From Scyliorhinus canicula (Eukaryota): a stretch of DNA of 64,000 bases. Of the stretch, positions 1 to 11,755 are shown in pieces (position 1 is the stretch's first letter; the number at the start of each line of letters is the position of its first letter). The position numbers and the translations under genes are program-made. The notes beneath the pieces were generated by a model that made no database searches, had not been told where the DNA came from, and saw only the letters and a program-made list of their open reading frames with translations. The stretch covers positions 105,600,989 to 105,664,988 of the forward strand of contig NC_052164.1 in NCBI RefSeq assembly GCF_902713615.1, read 5' to 3'.

Positions 1-229
1 GAACTTGTCAACTCACACAGTTGAGTTGAGTTTTAACAACACCATGGGTTGGATTCTCCGACCCGCCAGATTTCTGCTTCAGCATGCCAGTGGGATTCTC
101 CGTTTCACCAGCTGGTCAATGGGGCAGCCCCACACCATCGGGAAACCCCCGGACTGCCGGCAAACTGGAGCATCCCGCCGGCACAGAATCCAATATGTCC
201 AAACCGTTTGTGTTCTGTGCGATCTTCTC

Positions 230-465
230 AGCCCAACTCTTACAAACATCATTGTTGAGTTCAGTGAAAAATGCTTCTTCGATTGAATGGGGCTAACCCC
301 CTGGCCCTTCGGTATTTACAATATGTGGATTTAAATCTATAGCAGTGTGTAATCATTTCCTTATTTGTTTTAATGAGCTCCATCCAGTGCTCAAATTCAC
401 CTTTGACATTGAGCAGTCAAATCAACTCCGTTTCTTTGACATACTAATTGAGAAATCTGCCACGC
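230..465 (+). mobile_element. Decayed Penelope-like (PLE) reverse transcriptase fragment
   Basis: Translation NELHPVLKFTFDIEQSNQLRFFDILIEK resembles the PLE RT C-terminal motif N.xHPxIKFTxExE.xxxLPFLDxxI. Confidence 0.55.
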
Positions 466-1225
466 TGCATCTCTCTCTCTTTGCANNNNNNNNNNNNNNN
501 NNNNNNNNNNNNNNNNNNNNNNNNNNNNNNNNNNNNNNNNNNNNNNNNNNNNNNNNNNNNNNNNNNNNNNNNNNNNNNNNNNNNNNNNNNNNNNNNNNNN
601 NNNNNNNNNNNNNNNNNNNNNNCTCTGCATCTCTCTCCTCTCTCTCTCTCTGCATCTCTCTCCTCTCTCTCTCTCTGCATCTCTCTCCTCTCTCTCTCTC
701 TGCATTTATCTCTCTCTCTCTGCATCTCTCTCTCTCTGCATTTCTCTCTCTCTCTGCATCTCTCTCTCTCTCTCTGCATCTCTCTCCTCTCTCTCTCTGC
801 ATTCTCTCTCTCTCTCTCTGCATTTATCTCTCTCTCTGCATCTCTCTCTCTCTCTGCATTTCTCTCTCTCTCTGCATCTCTCTCCTCTCTTTCTGCATCT
901 CTCTCTGCATCTCTNNNNNNNNNNNNNNNNNNNNNNNNNNNNNNNNNNNNNNNNNNNNNNNNNNNNNNNNNNNNNNNNNNNNNNNNNNNNNNNNNNNNNN
1001 NNNNNNNNNNNNNNNNNNNNNNNNNNNNNNNNNNNNNNNNNNNNNNNNNNNNNNNNNNNNNNNNNNNNNNNNNNNNNNNNNNNNNNNNNNNNNNNNNNNN
1101 NNNNNNNNNNNNNNNNNNNNNNNNNNNNNNNNNNNNNNNNNNNNNNNNNNNNNNNNNNNNNNNNNNNNNNNNNNNNNNNNNNNNNNNNNNNNNNNNNNNN
1201 NNNNNNNNNNNNNNNNNNNNNNNNN
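466..1225. repeat. (TC)n microsatellite with TGCA interruptions, broken by two assembly gaps (485-622, 915-1225)
   Basis: Directly visible. Confidence 0.95.
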
Positions 1226-1535
1226 NTGTTCCCATAACCGTCGATTCCCTTATTGATTAGAAATCTGTCTCTCTCAGCCTTGAACATACTGAACGACCCG
1301 GCCTCTACAGCTCTCTGCGGTAAAGAATTCCACAGATTCACTCCCCTCTGAGAGAAGAAATTCCTCCTCATCTCTGTCTGAAATGGGTGCTCCCCCCCCT
1401 CTCCCCTCACTCTGAGATTCTGCCCTCTGGTCCTAGACTCTCCCACAAGGGGAAACAACCTCTCAGCATCGACCCTGTCAAACCCCCTGAGAATGTCTCA
1501 GTAAGGTCGCCTCTCATTCTCCTGAACGCCAATGA
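1226..1535 (-). mobile_element. CR1 LINE 3' fragment
   Basis: FPLVGESRTRGQNL..RRNFFSQRGVNLWNSLP is the CR1 ORF2 C-terminus. Confidence 0.85.
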
Positions 1536-2766
1536 ATCTTGCTCTCGTCTGCTGAAATATTCACTATTCCAGGATCATGTGGACATTGTTGGCAGGACCA
1601 GCATTTATTGCCCATCCCTAATTTCCCTTCAGAAGGTGGTGGTGAGCTGCCTTCTTGAACCGCTGCAGTCTCTGAGGTGTAGGTACACCCACTGTGCTGT
1701 TGGAGGAATTCCAGGATGTTGCCCCAGAGACAGTGAAGGAACGGCCGATATATTTCCCAGTCAGGATGGTGAGTGAGTTGGAGGGGAACCTCCAGGTGGT
1801 GGGGTTCCCAGGTATCTGCTGCCCGTAACCTTTAGATGGTAGTGGGTTTGGAAGGTCTCCAATATTAGATGTGATTCTGCAATTGTCCTAATAATTACGC
1901 TGACAACCAATTTAGGATTGTCAGTCAGGCTCACAGTGTGGGATATGCTGGAGGCCACATCTATTCATACACAGGGCCTTGTACTTTGCAGAGAGAAGGA
2001 ACATTGTACACACCCTGCCTGTTTCAACTGAGCAAAATAGGCAACAGTCGTTCTGTATGTGAAAATGTTTTCACACAGCGAGTAGTTTGGGTCTGGAATA
2101 CACTGCCTGGAATTGAGTTGGAGGAGCTTCAACTGAGGCATTCAAGAGATTAGTGAAGAGGCATTACATGATTATTTGAATTGAAACAGTGTGCAGTGAT
2201 ACGGGGGAAAACAGGAGCACGGCACAAAGTCATAATGCTCAATCAAAGCCAGTACAGACTTGATGGCTGAATGGCCTCCTTCTGCACTGTAACAATTCTG
2301 TGATCCCAGTTCATTCCCAAGGGTAATACCTTGACCAATCAGAGTTGAGCTACTTGGTTTGAATCCTCCATGGCAACACCTCTGCCAACTCAGAGTCCGC
2401 ACTTGCCAACCACTCAGCGCTCTCTTCTCCTGAAGTATAAATTGTTGGTCTGTGTACATTTGATGTTCTTGTGAAAGTCTTGATGAGTATAACACAAAAT
2501 GCTTTGAAATGTCAAAGTTACACATCCTGACAGGGTTTTATTGCTGGAGTGTTGCTGTGAACCTGACGCATTACCGTGTGGGTAACATTCTCTGTTTCAA
2601 TCTCATTCCTGATTGGTTATAAAACAGAGGCAGGAATCTCTTTAATCTCTCATTCTGTTGTTATGTACCAGTCAAAGTGTTTATATTGGGCTGTCCTTTC
2701 AAGTTATATCCTTGATCTGTACTGATAGTACCCCCCCCCCCCCCTCCCCCCTCACCCTCTACTCAC

Positions 2767-2893
2767 TGGAGTTGTTGGCTGATTTCCGAGCCTTGGATTT
2801 GATCAATGCCATCCTTGGCATCATTTGTCAATTGACTGATGTAATCCCAGAAGGCATCTTGAACCTGACCTTCATTGACCTCAGCCTGGCAAC
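2767..2893 (-). CDS. APOA4: Apolipoprotein A-IV-like, second coding exon (127 nt): (G)CQAEVNEGQVQDAFWDYISQLTNDAKDGIDQIQGSEISQQL
   Basis: Acceptor tctgtttctttcccag, donor gtgagt, phases 1 and 2. Aligns by eye with human ApoA-IV [38 protein letters not shown] and has the same exon length. Exact paralogue identity not tested. Confidence 0.8.
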
Positions 2894-3164
2894 CTGGGAA
2901 AGAAACAGATAATCAGAACATTCAATGAATCCACTGTTCATCCATAAACAGGAATCTTGTGATGATCCATCAGCGATTCAACCATGTCTTGTTCGTGAAT
3001 AAAAGAATAAATTTGCTACTTCTAGAATCATAGAATCCTACAGCACAGAAAAGGCCCTTCAGGCCATCACGTCTGCGCTGGTCAAATAATAATAATAATC
3101 TTTATTGTCACAAGTAGGCTTACATTAACACTGCAATGAAGTTACTGTGAAAATCCCCTAGTCG

Positions 3165-4350
3165 CTTCATCCCCAAGGCCTTCTTCCATAACCTAGATAG
3201 ATTAATTATGATATTTGTGGGGGGTGGGGAGCGGGGGGAAAGAATCCAAGAGACCCCATATGAACACTGCAAAGGAGGAAAATGAAGGGAGGCCTGGCGT
3301 TGCCAAACTGCAATGTTACCACTGGGCAGCAACAGCGGAGAGAGTGAGGGGATGGGTGCACGACCCCAACTCGGAGTGAGTGCAGATGGAGGAGGCCTCC
3401 TGTAGGGGGATGACCCTCTGGGCCCTGGCCATGGCAGCACTCCCATCCCCTTGACAAAATATACATCGAGACTGTGGGACCAACTAAGACAGCATTTTGG
3501 ACTGACCAAGATGTCCCCCATGGCCCCCATCTCAGAAACCACAGATTCCTGCCAGCCATGCTAGACGCAACATTTAAAAAATGGACACAGGGATGGAGGA
3601 ACACTGACAGTCAGGGACTTCTACACAGGACACAGACTAGCGATGCTGAATGAACTGACGGAGGAATAGGAACTACCGACAGAACATGCCGATGAAATGG
3701 GACACTTACAAATAAAACACTTCCTCCGCAAAGAGACAGATACCCTAGGGCCCCGGAGACCACATTAATAGAGGACCTGATGACCACGGGCGATAAGGAA
3801 GGGGGTCTCTGTGGGAAAATATATGGACAACTACTGGACAGAGCCCGAACACCATTAGACGAGATCAGACTGACATGGGGGGGGATGAACTGGGGACAGA
3901 AATATGTTGGGGACTCTGGAGCGAAGCACTGAGCAGGGCCAACCCCACCTCCTCCTGTGCAAGGCTCAGCCTAATGCAGTTTAAAGTAGTACACAGAGCG
4001 CACCTGACAAGCTCCTGAATGAGCAGGTTCTTCCCGGAGGCGGAGAGCGGTGCCAGAGGGGCCCGGCCAACCACACCCACATGTTGTGGGCTTGCCCCAA
4101 GCTGGCTGGGTTCTGGGCAGCCTTCTCCGAGGCAATGTCCAAGGTTGTGGGGGTGAGGGTGAAGCCATGCCCAAGAGTGGCAATCTTTGGGGTACCAGAG
4201 TTACACATGGGAAAGAGGGACACGCCAAACTAGGCAGCAACAATTTGTAAATAAAGACACTTAAGACAAAAGCCTTTTTACACTGTACAATAAATGAAAA
4301 CAAACAGCAATGTACATAATTTTGAAAATGCCAATAAAAAGATTTTTTTT
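3165..4350 (+). mobile_element. L1-clade LINE 3' fragment (ORF2 C-terminus and tail)
   Basis: CARLSLMQFKVVHRAH and HMLWACP motifs, followed by AATAAA and an A/T-rich end. Confidence 0.8.
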
Positions 4351-4364
4351 TTAAGTATCGCATA

Positions 4365-4975
4365 TACACACCAACAATATCACACCCCCCCGACAATATC
4401 ACACCCCCCCCGACAATATCACACCCCCCCGACAATATCACACACACACACCCAACAATATCACACCCTCCCGACAATATCACACCCCCCCGACAATATC
4501 ACACCCCCCCGACAATATCACACCCTCCCGACAATGTCACACCCCCCCGACAATATCACACCCCCCCCGACAATATCACACCCCCCCGACAATATCACAC
4601 ACCCCCGACAATATCACACCCCCCCGACAATATCACACCCCCCCAACAATATCACACCCCCCAACAATATCACACCCCACACCCAACAATATCACACACC
4701 CCCGACAATATCACACCCCCCGACAATATCCCACCCCCCCAACAATATCACACCCCCCCGACAATATCACACCCCACACCCAACAATATCACACCCCCCC
4801 CGACAATATCACACCCCCCCGACAATATCACACCCCCCCGACAATATCACCCCCCCGAAAATATCACACCCCCCGACAATATCACACACCCCCGACAATA
4901 TCACACCCCACACCCAACAATATCACACCCCACACCCGACAATATCACACCCCCCCCCCGACAATATCACACACA
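4365..4975. repeat. Minisatellite of ~18-21 bp (cccccgacaatatcaca) in the apolipoprotein intron
   Basis: About 30 visible tandem copies. Confidence 0.95.
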
Positions 4976-5016
4976 CCGGCAACACGCGCACCTGAGAATA
5001 TAAGAAGCACAGGTAC

Positions 5017-5065
5017 CTGACAATAGGTTAGCAGCTAGAAGCACAAGGATTGCTCTGGGAAACAT
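5017..5065 (-). CDS. APOA4: Apolipoprotein A-IV-like, first coding exon (49 nt), signal peptide MFPRAILVLLAANLLS(G)
   Basis: Kozak ccaccATG, hydrophobic core, CAG|gtacct donor in phase 1 that joins 2893. Gives a 20-aa signal ending CQA|EV with no propeptide, as in ApoA-IV. Confidence 0.8.
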
Positions 5066-5424
5066 GGTGGATTTCTTCAACAAGGAGCACATTAAGCACA
5101 ATTTCTGTTTTTCTGTGGAGAGACAAATTCAGAGTTATTTGGAGGGTTAAATCATTAAAAGCATCAGTTACATATTCCTGAGGAACTAATTGAAAATACC
5201 TGTTCATTAATTTAAAAATTATTCTGAGTGTTACTAACTCCTTCTGAATGCCACACAATTAGAGATCTGACTGTGACTATTAGCCGGTATTCTCAATATC
5301 AGCTGCCTGTTTAACTGTTTAGCGTAGTATTAACTTGCTTAGAGATACCTACTAACCACTTCCCAGGTCAGCGTATAAGCCCTGGGCTGTAACATTGAGA
5401 ATTACAGGCCAGTGTTTCTCTCAC

Positions 5425-5546
5425 CTGCTTCTCCTCTACCCCTCCTGAGGTTCAGTGTTCCAATGCCACAGACCTTCTCTCTCTATAAGGGAACCTTATC
5501 AGTTGATAAGGAGCTGTTCTCACTGCCGTGTTCATGGACTTTCCCT
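5425..5546 (-). promoter_or_regulatory. Candidate apolipoprotein promoter and non-coding first exon
   Basis: On the minus strand: HNF4-like AGGGAAAGTCCA (5546-5535), inverted GATA pair (5495-5510), TATAGAGA from 5487, then CAG|gtgaga donor at 5425/5424. Confidence 0.55.
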
Positions 5547-5819
5547 GATCCCAGGAAAACGTGGAGCTTCCAACAACTCTGTCACTGTGAGCGGTGATGT
5601 ATTTCCTCCACTTGCTTCCAACGCCACTCAGAGTACAAATTCCAACTCAGACTCATGTCACAGAATAAAGGCCGTAGTTTGATCATCTCTGTAATGTCTT
5701 TAACATTCTGAGGACTTATTGTAAAGGATTTGATAGAGTAACTGAGGAGAAACTGTTTCAAACAGCAAGATGATTGGTAACCAGAGTGAAAGAGATTTTA
5801 AATAATTGGCAAAATAACT

Positions 5820-6136
5820 GTAGCACAGTGGTTAGCACTGTTGCTTCACAGCTGCGGGGTCCCAGGTTTGATTCCTGGCTTGGGTCTGTCTGTGCGGAGT
5901 CTGCACGTTCTCCCCGTGTCTGCGTGGGTTTCCTCCGGGTGCTCCGGTTTCCTCCCACAGTCCAAAGATGTGCAGGTTAGGTGGATTGCCATGAGAAATT
6001 GCCCTTCGTGTCCAAAAAGGTTAAGTGGGGGTTACTGGGATAGGGTAGATATGTGGGCTTGAGTAGGGTGCTCTTTGTAAGGGCCGGTGCAGACTCGATG
6101 GGCCGAATGGCCTCCTTCTGCACTGTAAATTCTATG
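5820..6136 (+). mobile_element. HE1/V-SINE with CR1-type tail
   Basis: tRNA-like head, V-core (TCTCCCCGTGTCTGCGTGGGTTTCCTCCGGGTGCTCC), tail ending ttctatga. Confidence 0.9.
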
Positions 6137-6680
6137 ACGAGAATGTTTTGTTGCGGGTTGTTGTGATCTGGAACACATCGTCTGAAAGGATGGTGGAAGC
6201 AGATTCAACAGGAGCGTTTGAAAAGAAATTGGAGAAATATTTGCAGAGGAAATTTGCAGGTTTGTGGGGTAAGAGCTGTGGAGAAGTTGAGGGGTGTACG
6301 ATTAATTCAATGTACTTTTCAAAGAACTCACACAGGCGCAATGGGCAAAAAGGCCTCAATCTGTGTTTTAAGAATCTATAATTCCAGCCCCTCACGATGT
6401 AAGGTGCCCCCTCTCTGTCCAATCAAACAACACATGTTGTACCATCTCCATTTGTTCAGTTTGCCCTCAGACACTGTCAGGTACCGAGAAAGGATTTTTC
6501 CTGCATGTTTTCTGCAATATTCAGCAAGTCCTTCATTATTAGCTAAAAAACACTTTTCTGTGTCCTGAGGAGACAAAGGGTGCTATAGAAATGCAGGTTT
6601 TTCTTTCCCAAGTGCAATCAGTTTAGAGTTTTCACTGTGCTGGATGCTGATGGAGACTGGAGCAGGTGCATGCTGAGGTG

Positions 6681-7565
6681 AACATAAGACCATAAGACAG
6701 AGGAGCAGAATTAGGCCACTCGGCCCATCGAGTCTGCTCCGCCATTCAATCATGGCTGATATTTTCTCATCCCCATCCTCCTGCCTTCTCCCCATAACCC
6801 CTGATCCCCTTATTAATCATGAATCTATCTATCTCTGTCTTAAAGTCACTCAGTGATTTGGCCTCCACAGCCTTCTGTGGCAAAGAGTTCCACAGATTCA
6901 CCACCCTCTGGCTGAAGAAATTCCTCCTCATCTCTGTTTAAAGGATTGTCCCTTTAGTCTGAGATGGTGTCCTCGCTTCAAATTTTTCCTACAAGTGGAA
7001 ACATCCTCTCCACGTTCACTCTATCCAGGCCTCGCAGTATCCTGTAAGTTTCAATAAGATCCCCCCTCATCCTTCTAAACTCCAACGAGTACAGACCCAG
7101 AGTCCTCAACCGTTCCTTATACGACAAGCTCTTCATTCCAGGGATCATTCTTGTGAACCTCCTCTGGACCCTTTCCAAGGCCAACACATCCTTCCTTAGA
7201 TACGGGGCCCAAAACTGCTCACAATACTCCAAATGGGGTATGACCAGAGCTTTGTATAGCCTCAGAAGTACATCCCTGGTCTTGTATTCTAGCCCTCTCG
7301 ACATGAATGCTAACATTGCATTTGCCTTCTTAACTGCCAACTGAACCTGCACGTTAGCCTTAAGAGAATCGTGACTAAGGACTCCCAAGTCCCTTTGTGC
7401 TTCTGATTTCATAAGCATTTCCCCATTTAGAAAATAGTCTATGCCTCCATTTCTCCTTCCAATGTGCATAACCTCACACTTTTCCACATTGTATTCCATC
7501 TGCCACTTCATTGCCCACTCTCCTAGCCTGTCCAAGTCTTTCTGCAGCCCCTCTGCTTCCTCAAT
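6681..7565 (-). mobile_element. CR1 LINE, 5'-truncated
   Basis: WQMEYNVEKCEVMH...[17 protein letters not shown]...; 3' tail at 6681. Confidence 0.92.
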
Positions 7566-7792
7566 ACATGTGGTCTGTTTGCTTGTATTAAATCAGGAAT
7601 TCTGCCTGCAGCAGTTGGTCAAGTTGCAAGGAGCTGGGAACATCATACCACATATCCAGCTATCCCAGAGGATGTGCAATAACCTCATGGACTGGACAGT
7701 CTCTCTGTCTCTGCCTTATTGTCTCTGTGTCGTTCTGTGTTCCTCTAGCTCCCTCTGTCCCCCTGTGAATGCCAGAAGGAACATTCAACCTA

Positions 7793-9920
7793 TTTTTCAG
7801 ATACAGTGTTGTTGGATACAGTGTTGTCCATTTCGGATACAGTGTTGTTGGATACAGTGTTGTCCATTTCGGATACAGTGTTGTTGGATACAGTGTTGTC
7901 CATTTCGGATACAGTGTTGTTGGATACAGTGTTGTTGGATACAGTGTTGTTGGATACAGTGTTGTTGGATTAAGTGTTGTCCATTTCGGATACAGTGTTG
8001 TTGGATACAGTGTTGTCCATTTCGGATACAGTGTTGTTGGATACAGTGTTGTCCATTTCGGATAGAGTGTTGTTGGATACAGTGTTGTCCATTTTGGATA
8101 CAGTGTTGTCCATTTTGGATACAGTGTTGTTGGATACAGTGTTGTTAGATACAGTGTTGTCCATTTCAGATACAGTGTTGTTGGATAAAGTGTTGTTGGA
8201 TACAGTGTTGTCCATTTCGGATACAGTGTTGTTGGATACAGCGTTGTCCATTTCGGATACAGTGTTGTTGGATACAGTGTTGCCCATTTTGGATACAGTG
8301 TTAGAACATAAGAACTAGGAGCAGGAGTAGGCCATCTGGCCCCTCGAGCCTGCTCCGCCATTCAATTAGATCATGGCTGATCTTTTGTGGACTCAGCTCC
8401 ACTTTCCGGCCCGAACACCATAACCCTTAATCCCTTTATTCTTCAAAAAACTATCTATCTTTACCTTAAAAACATGTAATGAAGGAGCCTCAACTGCTTC
8501 ACTGGGCAAGGAATTCCATAGATTCACAACCCTTTGGGTGAAGAAGTTCCTCCTAAACTCAGTCCTAAATCTACTTCCCCTTATTTTGAGGCTATGCCCC
8601 CTAGTTCTGCTGTCACCCGCCAGTGGAAACAACCTGCCCGCATCTATCCTATCTATTCCCTTCATAATTTTAAATGTTTCTATAAGATCCCCCCTCATCC
8701 TTCTAAATTCCAACGAGTACAGTCCCAGTCTACTCAACCTCTCCTCATAATCCTCATAAGTGTTGTTGGATACAGTGTTGTTGGATACAGTGTTGTCCAT
8801 TTCGGATACAGTGTTGTTGGATACAGTGTTGTTGGATACAGTGTTGTCCATTTCGGATACAGTGTTGTTGGATACAGTGTTGTCCATTTCGGATACAGTA
8901 TTGTTGGATACAGTGTTGTTGGATACAGTGTTGTTGGATACAGTGTTGTCCATTTCGGATACAGTGTTGTCCATTTCAGATACAGTGTTGTTGGATGCAG
9001 TGTTGTTGGATACAGTGTTGTCCATTTCGGATACAGTGTTGCCCATTTTGGATACAGTGTTGTTGGATACAGTGTTGTTGGATACAGTGTTGTCCATTTC
9101 GGATACAGTGTTGTTGGATACAGTGTTGGTGGATACAGTGTTGCCCATTTTGGATACAGTGTTGGTGGATACAGTGTTGTCCATTTCAGATACAGTGTTG
9201 TTGGATACAGTGTTGTCCATTTCAGATACAGTGTTGTTGGATACAGTGTTATTGGATACAGTGTTGTCCATTTCAGATACAGTGTTGTTGGATACAGTGT
9301 TGGTGGATACAGTGTTGTCCATTTCGGATACAGTGTTGTTGGATACAGTGTTGCCCATTTTGGATACAGTGTTGTTGGATACAGTGTTGTCCATTTCGGA
9401 TACAGTGTTGTTGGATACAGTGTTGTTGGATACAGTGTTGTCCATTTCGGATACAGTGTTGTTGGATACAGTGTTGTCCATTTCGGATACAGTATTGTTG
9501 GATACAGTGTTGTTGGATACAGTGTTGTTGGATACAGTGTTGTCCATTTCGGATACAGTGTTGTCCATTTCAGATACAGTGTTGTTGGATACAGTGTTGT
9601 TGGATACAGTGTTGTCCATTTCGGATACAGTGTTGTTGGATACAGTGTTGGTGGATACAGTGTTGCCCATTTTGGATACAGTGTTGGTGGATACAGTGTT
9701 GTCCATTTCAGATACAGTGTTGTTGGATACAGTGTTGTCCATTTCAGATACAGTGTTGTTGGATACAGTGTTATTGGATACAGTGTTGTCCATTTCAGAT
9801 ACAGTGTTGTTGGATACAGTGTTATTGGATACAGTGTTGTCCATTTCAGATACAGTGTTGTTGGATACAGTGTTGGTGGATACAGTGTTGCTCATTTCGG
9901 ATACAGTGTTGTTGTCCATT
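7793..9920. repeat. Two-unit minisatellite (15-bp GGATACAGTGTTGTT and 21-bp GGATACAGTGTTGTCCATTTC)
   Basis: Directly visible; interrupted by a CR1 at 8303-8758. Confidence 0.97.
8303..8758 (-). mobile_element. Young CR1 3' end inserted in the minisatellite
   Basis: [24 protein letters not shown]...; nearly identical to 21900-22350; possible AGTGTT TSD. Confidence 0.92.
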
Positions 9921-10271
9921 TTCAGCTTGTTGAAGTGGGTTTGCCAGTGCAGATGCAACTGCAAAAAAGTACTTTTAAAACCACAATATTCTGTATATAG
10001 CTAGCAACGAAATGTTTGTGAGGCAGCATGGGACTTAGCTAACTAACTTGGCCACATTCCTTGTCAGGACCATCTCATACAGACACACACACAGACAAGG
10101 CACATTCAGCAGAAATCTCCATAATAGCAGCCCCTGAGCAGATACTCTGTGGAATGCTGGTTATAGTTTAAGCCTCTAATGAGATGAAGATAAGAGATCC
10201 ATGTTAACATAAGGAAAGCCGATAAGGCATTCTGGAAGACCATCATGAGACCGTGAGTAACCCCCTAGTTG

Positions 10272-10598
10272 TAGAATCATAGAATTTACAGTGCAGAAGG
10301 AGACCATTCGGCCCATTGAGTCTGCACCGGCTCTTGGAAAGAGCACCGTACTTAAGCCCACACCTCCACCCTATCCCCATAACCTGACCTAACCTTTCAG
10401 ACACCAAGGGGCAATTTAGCATGGCCAATCCACCTAACCTGCATATCTTTGGACAGTGGGTGGAAACCGGAGCACCCGGAGGAAACCCACGCACACACGG
10501 GGAGAACGTGCAGACTTCACACAGACAGTGACCCGAGGCCGGAATTGAACCTGGGTTCCTGGAGCTGTGAGGCAGCTGTGCTAACCACTGTGCCACCC
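10272..10598 (-). mobile_element. HE1/V-SINE
   Basis: Reverse complement of head, core and CR1 tail. Confidence 0.9.
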
Positions 10599-10866
10599 CA
10601 TGAGATGACCACCCTGTTACCAGCTGCCTAGTAACCAACCTCATTGGTCCTAAATATCAATGGATAATCATTATGATTGGATTGTGTCCAGCTGAGGTGG
10701 GCTATTTGTAATTGTATAAATGATGATAATTGTCTTTGTTGAGTGGAGAGGTATCTGGATTTCTCAGTAGCCTTCTCCTTCTCCCCGTCGGTGTAATACA
10801 ATAAACTGTTTGATGTTTCGAGCAGACCCGAGAGTCAAGTGATTCTTTTGGATTCATTCCCACTAA

Positions 10867-10953
10867 CACAGCCAATAGAACTAGCTGACCAATCACAGCC
10901 AATAGAACTAGCTGACCAATCACAGCCAATAGAACTAGCTGACCAATCACAGC
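10867..10953. repeat. 3 x 27-bp tandem repeat containing six CCAAT boxes
   Basis: cacagccaatagaactagctgaccaat x3. Confidence 0.9.
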
Positions 10954-11524
10954 TGAGGCAGTGGCCACATGGTCCCACCAGTGACACGAAGCTCAGGTCA
11001 AAGCAGCTGACACACTATTCGGTTAAATGGACTCCATGTGGATATCTACTTAACCAACAAGGTTAAAGTTCACATGCACACTGAAATGACAAAGTCCAGT
11101 GACAGGGTGTATTAATCACCTTTTATTGACTGCTGAGAGATCACAATTCCCAGATGGTGATTGACGTTTTGGAGACCGCTCTGGTCAGGTTTGGATAGCC
11201 ACTCCCTAATGTCAGGGGTCTGACTTCATGATAAGAACAGACAGACATCACCATGACACATTGATCTTATAGAGATTGTAATACAGAGTATGAATTCCAG
11301 AAAACTACTTTCATCTAAATTGAGATTAGGACAAGGATTCAAAGTAGCAAAACATAACTTTAGGAGGGGACTGTAAATGGGACACGCAGAACTGTAACAT
11401 CAGCACTGTATCAAACTGATGGACACATGGAACTGATCTTTGATACAATAGTGAAGCTGAAATATCATTTGGAAAACGCAGTCTGATGTGTCCCATTTAG
11501 AGCTTCACAAAACCCACCTTTTGT

Positions 11525-11755
11525 TTATTTTTTTAAATATAAATTTAGAATACCCAAGTCATTTTTTCCAATTAAGGGACAATTTAGCATGGCCAGTCCA
11601 CCTACCCTGCATATCTTTGGGTTGTGGGGGCGAAACCCATGCAAACACGGGGAGAATGTGCAAACTCCACACGGACAGTGACCCAGAGCCGGGATCGAAC
11701 CTGGGACCTCGGTGTGGTGAGGCAGCTGTGCTAACCCCTGTGCCACCGTGCTGCC
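11525..11755 (-). mobile_element. V-SINE, short A-tailed variant
   Basis: Same head and core, A-rich end instead of a CR1 tail. Confidence 0.85.

Noticed and set aside
345-1458. ORFs rich in ER/SL and X
   Set aside because: TC microsatellite and N gaps
2470-2515. Possible hammerhead remnant (ttgatgag...); a similar one near 11862-11880
   Set aside because: Core boxes and stems are too degenerate to support
4294-4995. 233-aa Pro/His/Thr mucin-like ORF
   Set aside because: Intronic minisatellite translation
5820-5890. tRNA genes suggested by A/B boxes here and at other SINE heads
   Set aside because: They continue into the V-SINE core; no complete cloverleaf
8393-10004. 300-520-aa ORFs (SNNTV, IQCCW, YSVVG and LLDTV repeats)
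   Set aside because: Produced by stop-free 15/21-bp units open in many frames; one merely runs into a CR1 fragment
10148-10868. Solo LTR as a firm feature
   Set aside because: Has TATA, AATAAA and a CA end, but no TSD or second copy in the window
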